From: an uncultured Actinomycetes bacterium
Lineage (GTDB): Bacteria > Actinomycetota > UBA4738 > HRBIN12
Length of the DNA: 64,000 bases
Direction: 5' to 3'
Assembly: GCA_963706005.1 (NCBI GenBank)
Contig: CAVPLL010000002.1
Location: 150,148 to 214,147, forward strand
Each line of letters begins with the position of its first letter. Within the stretch, counting starts at the first letter, position 1. A program made the position numbers and the translations under genes. The notes beneath the pieces are model-generated. The model was given only the letters and a program-made list of their open reading frames with translations, had not been told where the DNA came from and searched no databases. Positions 27,809-37,453 of this stretch are shown here, in pieces.

Positions 27809-27832
27809 ACCGACCCAAGGAGGCACCGGCCT

Positions 27833-30107
27833 ATGGCCATCACCCTTTCCCGACGGTTCGGGAACAACACCCTGACGTTCGAGTCGGGCAAGCTCGCCAA
27901 GCAAGCGGGCGGCTCGTGCGTCGTGACGTACGGCGAGACACAGGTGCTCGCCACCTGCACCACCGCGCAGCCCCGTGAGGGGATCGACTTCTTCCCGCTC
28001 ACCATCGATGTCGAGGAGCGCATGTACGCGGCGGGGAAGATCCCCGGCGGGTTCTTCCGCAGGGAGGGTCGCCCGTCCGAGACCGCGATCCTCACCGCGC
28101 GACTCACCGACCGGCCGATGCGGCCGAGCTTCAAGGACGGCTACCGGGACGAGGTGCAGGTCGTGATCACCGTGCTCTCGGTCGACATGGCCAACCCGTA
28201 CGACATCCCCGGGATGAACGCCGCGAGCCTCGCGACGATGCTGTCGGGGATCCCGTTCGAGGGCCCGGTCGGCTCGGTCCGGCTCGGGCTGATCGACGGC
28301 GAGTGGGTCATCAACCCGACGTTCCAGGACCTCGAAGGGGCCACGTTCGACATCGTGGTGGCCGGCCGCCGCAACGACGCGGGGCAGGTCGACATCCTGA
28401 TGATCGAGGGCGAGGCGCCCGACAACACGTTCTCGCTGCTCGAGGGCGGCGGCAAGGCGCCGACCGAGCGGGTCGTCGCCGAGGGCCTCGAGGCGGCCAA
28501 GCGCGCGATCGACGAGCTGATCGAGGCGCAGCTCGAGTTCGTCGCCAAGGCGGACGTGAAGCCTCAGCCGTTCGAGCCCAGGTCGCTGTACGGGCAGGAC
28601 ACGTGGACGGCCGCCGAGTCGTTCAAGGAGCGGCTCGAGACGGCGATCGTGCCCGGACCGCGCGGAGCGCGAGGCCGGGCTGTCCGAGATCAAGGAGCAG
28701 CTGAAGCAGCACCTGCTCGAGACGTGGGGGGCGGAGACCTACGCGGCCCGCCAGTCAGAGATCTCGCCGGCGTGGAAGGACCTGCAGAAGAAGGTCATGC
28801 GCGCTCGGGTGATCGAGCACGGCGTGCGGCTGGACGGGCGCGGGCCGAAGGAGATCCGCGCACTGTCGGCCGAGGTCGGGCTGATCCCGCGCGCGCACGG
28901 GTCGAGCCTGTTCAACCGCGGCGACACCCAGGCCCTGAACGTCACCACGCTCGGGATGCTCCGGATGACGCAGATGATCGACACGCTCGATCCGGAGGAG
29001 TCCAAGCGCTACATCCATCACTACAACTTCCCGCCGTTCTCCACGGGCGAGGTGGGCCGGATCGGCTCGCCGCGTCGCCGCGAGATCGGTCACGGCGCGC
29101 TCGCCGAGCGGGCGCTCGTGCCGGTGATCCCCTCGGAGGAGGAGTTCCCCTACGCGCTCCGGCTCGTGTCGGACATCCTCGGCTCCAACGGGTCGACGTC
29201 GATGGCCAGCGTGTGCGCCTCGACGCTCTCGCTCATGGACGCCGGGGTCCCGATCAAGGCGCCGGTCGCGGGGATCGCGATGGGCATGATCGCGGAGGGC
29301 GGCACGTTCGTGACCCTCACCGACATCCTCGGCGCCGAGGACGCGCTCGGCGACATGGACTTCAAGGTGGCGGGGACGAGCGAGTTCGTCACGGCGATCC
29401 AGCTCGATATGAAGGTCACGGGCCTGCCGGGCGACGTGCTCGCCGGCGCGCTCGACCAGGCGAAGGAGGCCCGCCTGCAGATCCTCGAGGTGCTGCGGGC
29501 CGCGATCCCCGAGCCCCGCACCGAGGTGAACCCGAAGGCGCCGCGGATCCTCACGCTCAAGATCCCCGTGGACAAGATCGGCGAGGTGATCGGCCCCAAG
29601 GGCAAGAAGATCAACGAGATCGTCGCCCTGACCGGCGCCGACATCGACATCCAGGACGACGGCACGGTGTTCATCGGGGCTCGCGAGGCTGGCGGCGCGG
29701 ACGAGGCGGCACGGATCATCGACGAGATCGCGAACCCGCGGCCGATCAGCGTCGGGGAGCACTTCACCGGCACCGTCGTCAACACGACCACGTTCGGTGC
29801 GTTCGTGAACCTCGTCCCGGGTCGCGACGGCCTGATCCACATCTCCAAGCTCGGCAAGGGCAAGCGGCTCGCGAACGTCGAGGACGCGGTCAAGGTCGGC
29901 GACACGATCGAGGTCGAGGTCCAGGACATCGACGATCGCGGGAAGATCTCGCTCAAGCCGGTCGGCGAGGAGTGGGCGATCCCCGAAGGGATGGAGCAGG
30001 AGTCACAGGACCGGCCGCCCCGTCGCGACCGGGACCGCGACCGCCGCCCCCGGGACCGCGACCGCCGCCCCCGGGACCGCGAGCGCGAACCGCGCGATCC
30101 CGCGTAG
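27833..30107 (+). pseudogene. pnp: Polyribonucleotide nucleotidyltransferase (PNPase), split by one extra base (or a sequencing indel)
   Basis: The first RNase PH domain is in frame 2 up to ..ETAIVP. Frame 0 continues [16 protein letters not shown].., then the second PH domain, KH ([12 protein letters not shown]) and S1 ([13 protein letters not shown]). The span is 2275 nt = 3n+1. The join is at GTGCCCGGACC, 28649-28659. Confidence 0.9.
30030..30082 (+). repeat. In-frame 21-nt tandem repeat (2.5 copies) in the Arg/Asp-rich PNPase C-terminal tail
   Basis: CGGGACCGCGACCGCCGCCCC at 30030-30050 and 30051-30071, partial copy to 30082. This gives RDRDRRP repeats. Confidence 0.9.
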
Positions 30108-30110
30108 CCG

Positions 30111-31373
30111 ATGTCGATCGGACGCACGGAGTTCACCTCCGGTCTGCGCGTCGTCACCGAGCGGATGCCCGGCGTCCGCTCGGTGGCGCTCGGCTTCTGG
30201 GTCCTCGCGGGCTCGCGCGACGAGCCGCCGCCGATCTCGGGGTCGAGCCACTTCCTCGAGCACCTGCTGTTCAAGGGGACGAAGACCCGGAGCGCGCGGG
30301 ACATCGCCGAGGCGTTCGACGCGGTGGGGGGCGAGGTGAACGCGTTCACGGCCAAGGAGTACACGGCGTTCTACGCGCGCGTGCGCGACCGCGACCTGCC
30401 GATGGCGGTCGATCACCTCTCGGACATGGTGCAGCGTTCGGTGCTCCGAACGGCGGATCTGGAGGCCGAGCGGCAGGTGATCCTCGAGGAGATCAACCAG
30501 CACGAGGACGATCCCGATGACCTGGTCCACGACCTGTTCACCGAGACGCTCTGGCCGGGCCACCCGCTCGGCCGGCCGATCCTCGGCACCAAGCAGAGCA
30601 TCCAGGCGGCCGGCCGCGACCAGGTCCATCGCTTCTATCGCAAGCACTACGTCCCCGGGAACGTGGTCGTGGTCGCCGCGGGCAACCTCCGCCACGAGGA
30701 GCTGCTCGAGCTCGTGGCCGAACGCATGGCCCCGGGTTCGGTGCGCGCGGAGGGCCCGAGCGCCTGGAACCTGCGGACGGCCGGCGACGCCCCGAGCCCC
30801 TCGGGACGGTCGCTCGTGAAGAAGCGGAAGACCGAGCAGGCCCACATCTGCCTCGGCACGAGCGGCCTGTCGCGGACCGATCCCGACCGGTTCGCGTTCG
30901 GCGTCGTGAACAACGCGATCGGCGGCGGGATGAGCTCCCGCCTGTTCCAGGAGATCCGCGAGAAGCGCGGGCTGGCCTACAGCGTCTACTCGTACCACGC
31001 GATGTACGCGGAGGCGGGCGTGTTCTGCGCGTACGCCGGCACCACACCGGCTCGGGCGAAGGAGGTCCTCGCGATCATGCGCTCCGAGCTCGAGGACGTG
31101 GCGAACAAGGGCCTCGGCCCCGACGAGTTCGAACGGGCGAAGGGGCACATGAAGGGCTCGCTCGTGCTGTCCCTGGAGGACCCCGGTGGGCGCATGTCGC
31201 GCCTGGGCAAGTCCGAGATCGGCCACGGCGAGATCCTCACGGTGAGCCAGCTCCTGCGGCGCATCGAGGCCGTGACGCCCGAGGACGCGGTGCGCGCCGC
31301 CGAACGGGTACTCTCGCAACCGATGACGGTCACCGTCCTCGGGCCCTTCTCGAGCAAGGACGCGATCGCGTGA
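30111..31373 (+). CDS. M16-family zinc metallopeptidase (pitrilysin-like)
   Basis: Inverted zinc motif HFLEHLLFKG (HxxEH). 420 aa. Conserved position after pnp. Its stop overlaps the dapB GTG (GTGA). Confidence 0.85.
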   Translation: MSIGRTEFTSGLRVVTERMPGVRSVALGFWVLAGSRDEPPPISGSSHFLEHLLFKGTKTRSARDIAEAFDAVGGEVNAFTAKEYTAFYARVRDRDLPMAVDHLSDMVQRSVLRTADLEAERQVILEEINQHEDDPDDLVHDLFTETLWPGHPLGRPILGTKQSIQAAGRDQVHRFYRKHYVPGNVVVVAAGNLRHEELLELVAERMAPGSVRAEGPSAWNLRTAGDAPSPSGRSLVKKRKTEQAHICLGTSGLSRTDPDRFAFGVVNNAIGGGMSSRLFQEIREKRGLAYSVYSYHAMYAEAGVFCAYAGTTPARAKEVLAIMRSELEDVANKGLGPDEFERAKGHMKGSLVLSLEDPGGRMSRLGKSEIGHGEILTVSQLLRRIEAVTPEDAVRAAERVLSQPMTVTVLGPFSSKDAIA

Positions 31374-32176
31374 TCCGCGTCGGCGTGATCGGCGCGTGTG
31401 GCCGGATGGGGTTGATGGTCTGTCGGGCCCTGGCCGATTCCCCCGACTTCGCGCTCGTCGCCGCGATCGATCGCTCGAAGATCGGGCAGAAGATCGGGCA
31501 GATGATCGGGCATCCCGAGATCGACGCCCCGGTCTCCGACGAGCTCGACCGGCTGCTCGAGGCCAACGCCGAGGTCGCCGTGGACTTCACCCACCCCGAG
31601 GTCGTCATGGACGACATCCGCTGGTGCATCTCGCACGCGGTCCACGCGGTGGTCGGAACCACCGGGATCTCGCTGGGGAACCTGCAGGAGATCGAGAAGC
31701 TGCTGTCGGACGAGGGTCACGAATCCAACGTGATCGTGGCGCCGAACTTCGCGCTCGGCGCCGTGCTGATGCAGCGGTTCGCCGCGCAAGCCGTCCGGTA
31801 CCTGCCGGCCGTCGAGATCATCGAGCTCCACCACGACGAGAAGGCGGACGCCCCCTCCGGGACGGCCGTGGCGACGGTCCGCAGGATCCAGGAGGAGCGT
31901 GGCGAGGGCTGGCGAGGCCCGCTCGGCGAGTCGCTCGAGGGGGTGCGTGGCGGCGACGTCGACGGGATCCGCGTGCACTCGGTCCGGCTCCCCGGGCTGG
32001 TCGCCCACCAGGAGGTCATCTTCGGCGGGCAGGGGCAGACGCTGACGATCCGTCACGACTCGACCGATCGGTCCTCGTTCATGCCGGGCGTGCTGATGGC
32101 GGCCCGAGCCGTGATGACCCGGCCGGGACTCACGGTCGGGCTCGAGCCGCTCCTCGACCTCCCGCCGCTGCCGTAG
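31370..32176 (+). CDS. dapB: 4-hydroxy-tetrahydrodipicolinate reductase
   Basis: MIRVGVIGACGRMG (NAD(P) fold). ELHHDEKADAPSGTA. Confidence 0.9.
   Translation: MIRVGVIGACGRMGLMVCRALADSPDFALVAAIDRSKIGQKIGQMIGHPEIDAPVSDELDRLLEANAEVAVDFTHPEVVMDDIRWCISHAVHAVVGTTGISLGNLQEIEKLLSDEGHESNVIVAPNFALGAVLMQRFAAQAVRYLPAVEIIELHHDEKADAPSGTAVATVRRIQEERGEGWRGPLGESLEGVRGGDVDGIRVHSVRLPGLVAHQEVIFGGQGQTLTIRHDSTDRSSFMPGVLMAARAVMTRPGLTVGLEPLLDLPPLP
31478..31513 (+). repeat. In-frame 12-nt tandem repeat x3 inside dapB
   Basis: AAGATCGGGCAG, AAGATCGGGCAG, ATGATCGGGCAT, encoding KIGQ-KIGQ-MIGH. Confidence 0.9.
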
Positions 32177-32180
32177 ACCC

Positions 32181-32960
32181 GTGCGACGGGTCGCGTGCAT
32201 CTACGCGCACCCGGACGACGACACGTACGGCGTCGCGGGCAGCCTCGCGCTCCACGCCGGCGACGACCTCGAGGTGGTCGTGGTCCTGGCGACGAGCGGC
32301 GACGCCGGCCGCATCGCCGATCCGTCGCTCGCCACGCGAGAGACGCTCGGGGCGGTTCGCGAGCGCGAGGACCTCGCGTCGTGGCGCGCGCTCGGCATCG
32401 AGCCCGACCTGCGGTTCCTGCGGCACCCCGATGGCGGACTGCACCGGATCTCGCGAGCGGCGCTCGTGGCCGAGGTCCGGAGCCTGCTCGAAGCGGCCGC
32501 GCCGGAGGTCGTCGTGACGTTCGGTCCCGACGGGGTCACGGGCCACGAGGACCACGTCACGATCGGCGAGGTGGCGACGGCGGCGTTCCACGCCGCGCGG
32601 ACGTCCTCGAGCGGCACCGCGTTCTCGAGGCTCCTGCATACCGCGATCCCCGAGAGCTCCCTCGACCGCCTGAACGAGCTCCTTCGAGAACGCGGGCTGG
32701 AGCCCATGGACCCGGCGCAGCCGTTCATGCCGCGCGGGCTGCCGGACGCGACGATCGGCGTCCGCGTGGACGGGTCGGCCGTGTACGAGCGCAAGCTCGA
32801 GGCGATCCGGTGCCACAAGACCCAAGCGGAGCTCGAGGACGTCCCGTTCGACCTGTGGCCGGAGATCCTGTCGACCGAGTCGTTCGTGGTGGCCTGGCCC
32901 GAGCGGCGGCCGCGCGACCCTGTCCTGTCCGACCTCTTCGAGGGGCTGCCGAGCCCGTAA
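32181..32960 (+). CDS. PIG-L / LmbE-family N-acetylglucosaminyl deacetylase-like protein
   Basis: YAHPDDDTYG and GHEDH metal-binding motifs. Confidence 0.75.
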   Translation: MRRVACIYAHPDDDTYGVAGSLALHAGDDLEVVVVLATSGDAGRIADPSLATRETLGAVREREDLASWRALGIEPDLRFLRHPDGGLHRISRAALVAEVRSLLEAAAPEVVVTFGPDGVTGHEDHVTIGEVATAAFHAARTSSSGTAFSRLLHTAIPESSLDRLNELLRERGLEPMDPAQPFMPRGLPDATIGVRVDGSAVYERKLEAIRCHKTQAELEDVPFDLWPEILSTESFVVAWPERRPRDPVLSDLFEGLPSP

Positions 32961-32969
32961 GCTCGTCGC

Positions 32970-34187
32970 GTGGACGTCGAGATCCGAACCATCTCCGAGG
33001 ACGAGTTCGCCGGCTACGTGCGGGCGGTCGAGTTCGCGTTCAGCGGCATCGCGACCGACGAAGACGTCGAGCGGGAACGCGTCCTCGTCGAGTACGAGCG
33101 GACCTACGCGGCATTCGACGGGCCCGAGATCGTCGGCACCGCAGCGGTCTTCACGATGCCGATGACCGTGCCGGGCGCGGAGGTCGAGGTCGGCTACGTG
33201 ACCGCGGTCGGCGTCAGGCCCACGCATCGTCGCCGGGGGATCAACACCCGGCTGATGCGGCGGCAGCTCGCCGACGCGCACGAGCGGGGGGAGCTCGTCG
33301 ACGTCCTCTACGCGTCCGAGGGCGGCATCTACGGACGATACGGCTACGGGCTCGCGACCTTCGGCGCCGAGATCGAGATCGAGAGCTCGCGTTCAGCGTT
33401 CGTCCGCGGGTACGCGCCCTCCGGGAGGATCCGACAGCTCGAGCGGGACCCGGCGATGAAGGAGATCCTCGGCGTCCACGAGGTGACCAGGCTCATGCGC
33501 CCCGGCATGGTGCAGCTCGACGAGCGGCGCCTGAACTACGCCCTGCACGAACACGGACCCGACGCCACGCTGCCGCAGCTGTTCGTCGTGCACGAAGCGG
33601 AGGATGGGGTCGACGGGTTCGCGATCTACCGCGTGAAACACGACTGGCCGTCCGGCTTCCCGCAGTCGGTGCTCTCGGTCCTGGACCTGCAGGCGCGGTC
33701 GGCGGGCGCGTACGCGGACCTGTGGCGGTACGTGTTCCAGGTCGACCTGACCGAGCGTGTTCGCGCGTGGAGCCGGCCGGTGGACGAGCCGCTCATCCAT
33801 CTGCTGCAGGAACCCCGGCGTCTGGGGGCGAGGTTGCGGGACAACCTCTGGGTTCGGCTCGTCGACGTGGCCGGCGCCCTCGGCGCGCGACGCTACGTCG
33901 CCGACGGCCGGGTGGTGATCGAGGTGCGGGACCCCTTCTGCGCGTGGAACGAGGCGAGCTACACGCTCGAGGCGGCGGCCGGCGAGGCGATGGTGACCGC
34001 GGGAGCCGGCGACCCACCGGATCTCACGTGCTCGGTGAACGACGTCGGGGCGGCGTACCTCGGCGGGACGTCGTTCCGGCAGCTCCACCGCGCGGGTCGG
34101 GTCGACGAGCACACGGAGGGGGCGCTCGCCCGCGCCGACTCGATGTTCGCCTGGGACCCGGCGCCGTGGTCCCCGTACGTGTTCTGA
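32970..34187 (+). CDS. Eis-like GNAT acetyltransferase with C-terminal sterol-carrier-like domain
   Basis: VGVRPTHRRRGINTRLMRRQL (acetyl-CoA motif A), then YASEGGIYGRYGYG. 405 aa, as in the Eis/UPF0256 family. Confidence 0.7.
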   Translation: MDVEIRTISEDEFAGYVRAVEFAFSGIATDEDVERERVLVEYERTYAAFDGPEIVGTAAVFTMPMTVPGAEVEVGYVTAVGVRPTHRRRGINTRLMRRQLADAHERGELVDVLYASEGGIYGRYGYGLATFGAEIEIESSRSAFVRGYAPSGRIRQLERDPAMKEILGVHEVTRLMRPGMVQLDERRLNYALHEHGPDATLPQLFVVHEAEDGVDGFAIYRVKHDWPSGFPQSVLSVLDLQARSAGAYADLWRYVFQVDLTERVRAWSRPVDEPLIHLLQEPRRLGARLRDNLWVRLVDVAGALGARRYVADGRVVIEVRDPFCAWNEASYTLEAAAGEAMVTAGAGDPPDLTCSVNDVGAAYLGGTSFRQLHRAGRVDEHTEGALARADSMFAWDPAPWSPYVF

Positions 34188-34217
34188 TCCTCCCGGATCG
34201 TCCCCGCGTCCCGCCCC

Positions 34218-34832
34218 TCAGCCCACGATCCCGCGGACCATCAACCACACGCCGAGCGTGCCCATCGCGACCGCCAGGACCTCGCTGAGGATCCGCAGGG
34301 ATCGGTCGCTCACTCGGTGCGCCCCGGCGCCGAGCAACACCATCGCCGAGTCCATCAGCGACACGCCGAACAGGAGCGCGATCACGGTGACGACCGCGAG
34401 CCCACGGCCCCCCTCGTCGACGGCGCTCGCGACCACGGCTGTGCCCGTCGTCGCGAGGAACACGTACACCCCGGGGTTCAGCAGGACCGCGACGATGCCT
34501 CGAACGCTGGGATGCAGCCCGCCGCGAGGATCGTCGACCACCTGCGGGCGGCGGCCCTCTCGGATCGCATCCACGGCGAGGAACACGAGGAACGCGCCGC
34601 CGATCACCTTGACGACCCGCAGGAAGGCCTCGCCGGGCTCCAGCGAGGACAACCCCGCCGCAAGCACCAGCATCATCAGGCCGAAGGTCGCGTTCGCGCC
34701 GGCCATCGCCCGCAGGCCTCGCCCGGCCCCGCCGCGAGACGCCTCGGAGAACAACAGGAGCTGCACGGGTCCGGGCGAGGCCCCCAGGGCGACGCCTAGA
34801 CCGAACGCGGCGAGCGGGATCGAGAGGTCCAC
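34218..34832 (-). CDS. LysE/RhtB-family amino-acid exporter
   Basis: About 6 TM helices. N-terminal GASPGPVQLLLF motif. GTG 34832 lies 5 nt after the upstream stop. Confidence 0.7.
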   Translation of the reverse strand: MDLSIPLAAFGLGVALGASPGPVQLLLFSEASRGGAGRGLRAMAGANATFGLMMLVLAAGLSSLEPGEAFLRVVKVIGGAFLVFLAVDAIREGRRPQVVDDPRGGLHPSVRGIVAVLLNPGVYVFLATTGTAVVASAVDEGGRGLAVVTVIALLFGVSLMDSAMVLLGAGAHRVSDRSLRILSEVLAVAMGTLGVWLMVRGIVG

Positions 34833-34837
34833 GTCGG

Positions 34838-35293
34838 CTACCGGAGCCGGAGCTCGCCGATCTCGACGGGGTCGTCGTCGCCGGCCTTGGAGAGCAGGAC
34901 GCCCTCGCACTCGGCGAGCGGCTCGATCTCGGTGGCGTTCAGCCCGAGGACCGCGCGCTCGATCAGCGGCGTGTGCGAGATCGCCAGCCCGCGCTCGCCG
35001 TCCGGCACGGCGTCGAGCAGTGCCACGATGACGCCGGCCATCGCGAGCGGCGACGCGTCGTTGTCCTTCGCGGCCAGACCGGGGATCACGGCGTGCGCCG
35101 GAAGCTGTTCGCCCAGTCCGCGCAGGAGCCACGCGACGGTCTCGGCCGCCCGCTCGGCCGGCGAGACGAACACCACGGAGTAGCCGCCCGCGAGGGTCGC
35201 GCCGACCGACTGCGCCTGCGCTCGTCCCTGCTCGGACAGCCGGTCGGCGATGGGATCGCGTTGAGCGTGGCGTCGCAGTTCGAGCGTCCTCAC
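34838..35293 (-). CDS. Histidine-phosphatase superfamily protein (SixA / phosphoglycerate-mutase-like)
   Basis: LELRRHAQRD (RH catalytic motif), SPAERAAETV. SD AAGGAGG before GTG 35293. Confidence 0.7.
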   Translation of the reverse strand: MRTLELRRHAQRDPIADRLSEQGRAQAQSVGATLAGGYSVVFVSPAERAAETVAWLLRGLGEQLPAHAVIPGLAAKDNDASPLAMAGVIVALLDAVPDGERGLAISHTPLIERAVLGLNATEIEPLAECEGVLLSKAGDDDPVEIGELRLR

Positions 35294-35325
35294 GTGGGTC
35301 TTCCTCCTTCGTCGGGTCGTGTAGC

Positions 35326-35793
35326 ATGCCGCGACCCATGAAGCCTACCGGTCGCCTCATCGCGCTCCTGGCGGTCGCCGTTGTGCTGCTGGGGGCCTGC
35401 ACCGGAGGCGACGGCGGCTCCACCGCGCCCACCGGACCGAGCCCGACGAGCGAGGTCCCCACGCCGGCCCAGACCTTCACCGGCGCCCCGGGCACCGCCG
35501 TCTACGAGTACGCGAACGAGGGCCTGCTCGTGACGGTCGATCTCGACGGCAGCACCGGCACGCTCGAGGTGGAGAACGATTCGGAGCACGACCTCGATCC
35601 TCCCGGCCTCTACGTCGAGGATGCCGTCGACGGCCACCGGATCGACGGGACGGTCCTCGACAGCGCGCCCGTGGCGGCCGGCGACCGCGCGACGTTCGAC
35701 GTGCGGCTCGACGACATCACGGTCGACGACATCGGGCTCCTGGTCCTGCTGTTCGGCGCCGACAACTACGGCGCGTTCGTCCGGACCGGGTAG
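35326..35793 (+). CDS. Hypothetical lipoprotein
   Basis: Lipobox VLLGAC. Alternative ATG at 35338. No SD; possibly a short leader or leaderless. Confidence 0.55.
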   Translation: MPRPMKPTGRLIALLAVAVVLLGACTGGDGGSTAPTGPSPTSEVPTPAQTFTGAPGTAVYEYANEGLLVTVDLDGSTGTLEVENDSEHDLDPPGLYVEDAVDGHRIDGTVLDSAPVAAGDRATFDVRLDDITVDDIGLLVLLFGADNYGAFVRTG

Positions 35794-35800
35794 GGGAGCG

Positions 35801-36352
35801 TCAGTCGGGACGACTGACGGGCTCGTCCTCGCCGGCCGCGACGCGGGCGAGGACGAACAGCAGATCCGACAACCGGTTCAGGTATCGGGACGCGTCCTCG
35901 TTCACGACCCCGCGGGAGTCGCGGAGCTCGACCACGCGCCGTTCCGCGCGGCGGACCACGCTGCGCCCGACGTCGAGGCACGCCGCCACCGGGTTCGCGC
36001 CCGGCACGACGAACGCGTTCGGCAGGGGATGGGCGAGGACGAGCTCGTCGATCCTGGCCTCGAGCCGCTCGGCCATCTCGGGCGTGACCCTCGAGACGCC
36101 GGGTTCGAGCCGCCCCCGCTCCTCGGGGTTGGTCGCGAGATCGGCGCCGACGACGAACAGCTCACGCTGCAGGCCCAAGAGCTCGGCCGACAGGCCGGGA
36201 TCGCTCGCATGGGCCCTCGCGAGGCCGAGGAGGGCGACCGCCTCGTCGATCGAGCCGCAGGCCTCGGGGACCAGGTCCGCCTTCGATACGCGGCCCCCGA
36301 ACAGCAGTCCGGTGGTGCCGTCGTCCCCGGTCTTGGTGTAGATGCGCGGCAT
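35801..36352 (-). CDS. ATP:cob(I)alamin adenosyltransferase, PduO type
   Basis: MPRIYTKTGDDGTTGL at ATG 36352. The upstream extension of the ORF lacks homology features. Confidence 0.85.
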   Translation of the reverse strand: MPRIYTKTGDDGTTGLLFGGRVSKADLVPEACGSIDEAVALLGLARAHASDPGLSAELLGLQRELFVVGADLATNPEERGRLEPGVSRVTPEMAERLEARIDELVLAHPLPNAFVVPGANPVAACLDVGRSVVRRAERRVVELRDSRGVVNEDASRYLNRLSDLLFVLARVAAGEDEPVSRPD

Positions 36353-36494
36353 CGTGGCTAGGATAGCGGCGGTGCTCCGCCCGAACGCCGTGGGTGGAGC
36401 CCGAACAGGAGCCGCAGGAGATGCCGGAGGCACGAGCGATGCCCCTTCCGCACCTGCAAGACGTTGCTCGGCATCCTCTCGACAGCCCTGATCG

Positions 36495-36521
36495 ACATGT
36501 GCAACATGTGGCAGATGTGGT
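36495..36521 (+). repeat. Three contiguous 9-nt direct repeats upstream of dapA
   Basis: ACATGTGCA, ACATGTGGC, AGATGTGGT, in a locally AT-richer stretch 48-74 nt before the dapA ATG. Confidence 0.8.
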
Positions 36522-36568
36522 TATCGTGCGGACCGTGCACCACCTCCGCACCGGGACGAGGAGGCATC

Positions 36569-37453
36569 ATGGCCGGTAGGTTCGGGGCGGTCGTCACCGC
36601 CATGGTCACACCCTTCCGCGACGATCACGCGCTCGACCTGGACGCCGCGCGGTCGCTCGCCGCCCACCTGTACGAGCGCGGATCCGATTCCCTGGTGATC
36701 GCCGGTTCCACGGGCGAATCGCCGACGCTCACGCATCGAGAGAAGCTCGATCTGTTCGAGGCCGTCATCGACGTCGCGAAGGGCAAGGGCAAGGTCCTGT
36801 GCGGCACCGGCACGTATAACACGGCGGAGACGCTCGAACTCTCGCGCGAGGCCGAGGAGCTCGGCGCTGACGGGCTGCTGCTCGTGACGCCGTACTACAA
36901 CAAGCCGCCGCAGCGAGGCCTGCTCGAGCACTTCACCCAGGTCGCCAACGCCGTGTCGATCCCGGTGGTGGCGTACAACATCCCCGGTCGGACCGGGACC
37001 CGGATAGAGCACGAGACCCTGCTCCGGATCGCCGAGGTCCCGAACATCGTCGGGGTGAAGGACTCCACGGGCGATTTCCAATGGATCTCGAGGCTGATCT
37101 CGGAGGCGCCGCCGGACTTCGAGGTCTACAGCGGGGACGACTGGGCGACCTTCGGCTACATGTGCCTGGGCGCGGTCGGCGTCGTCTCGGTCGCGGGGCA
37201 CCTGGTCGGCGGCCGCATCCGCCAGATGTGCGACCTGATCGAGTCCGGCGACATCCCGGCGGCGCGCAAGATCCACGAGGAGCTGACGCCGCTGTTCAAC
37301 GCGCTGTTCATCACGTCGAACCCGATCCCGGTCAAGACGGCGCTCGAGATGATCGGCCTCCCGGTCGGCCCGCCGCGGCTCCCGCTCGTGCCGGCGACCG
37401 CGGAGGAACGGGAGCGGATCCGCAAGGCCCTGGTGGATGCCGGACTCGTCTGA
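36569..37453 (+). CDS. dapA: 4-hydroxy-tetrahydrodipicolinate synthase
   Basis: MAGRFGAVVTAMVTPF..LVIAGSTGESPTLTHREK..YYNKP. SD GAGGAGG before ATG 36569. Confidence 0.9.
   Translation: MAGRFGAVVTAMVTPFRDDHALDLDAARSLAAHLYERGSDSLVIAGSTGESPTLTHREKLDLFEAVIDVAKGKGKVLCGTGTYNTAETLELSREAEELGADGLLLVTPYYNKPPQRGLLEHFTQVANAVSIPVVAYNIPGRTGTRIEHETLLRIAEVPNIVGVKDSTGDFQWISRLISEAPPDFEVYSGDDWATFGYMCLGAVGVVSVAGHLVGGRIRQMCDLIESGDIPAARKIHEELTPLFNALFITSNPIPVKTALEMIGLPVGPPRLPLVPATAEERERIRKALVDAGLV

Noticed and set aside
36353-36568. Lysine (L-box) riboswitch upstream of dapA.
   Set aside because: I could not find the conserved L-box core elements by eye, and the region is short for a five-helix lysine aptamer plus expression platform. 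It needs a covariance-model search, so it is not claimed.
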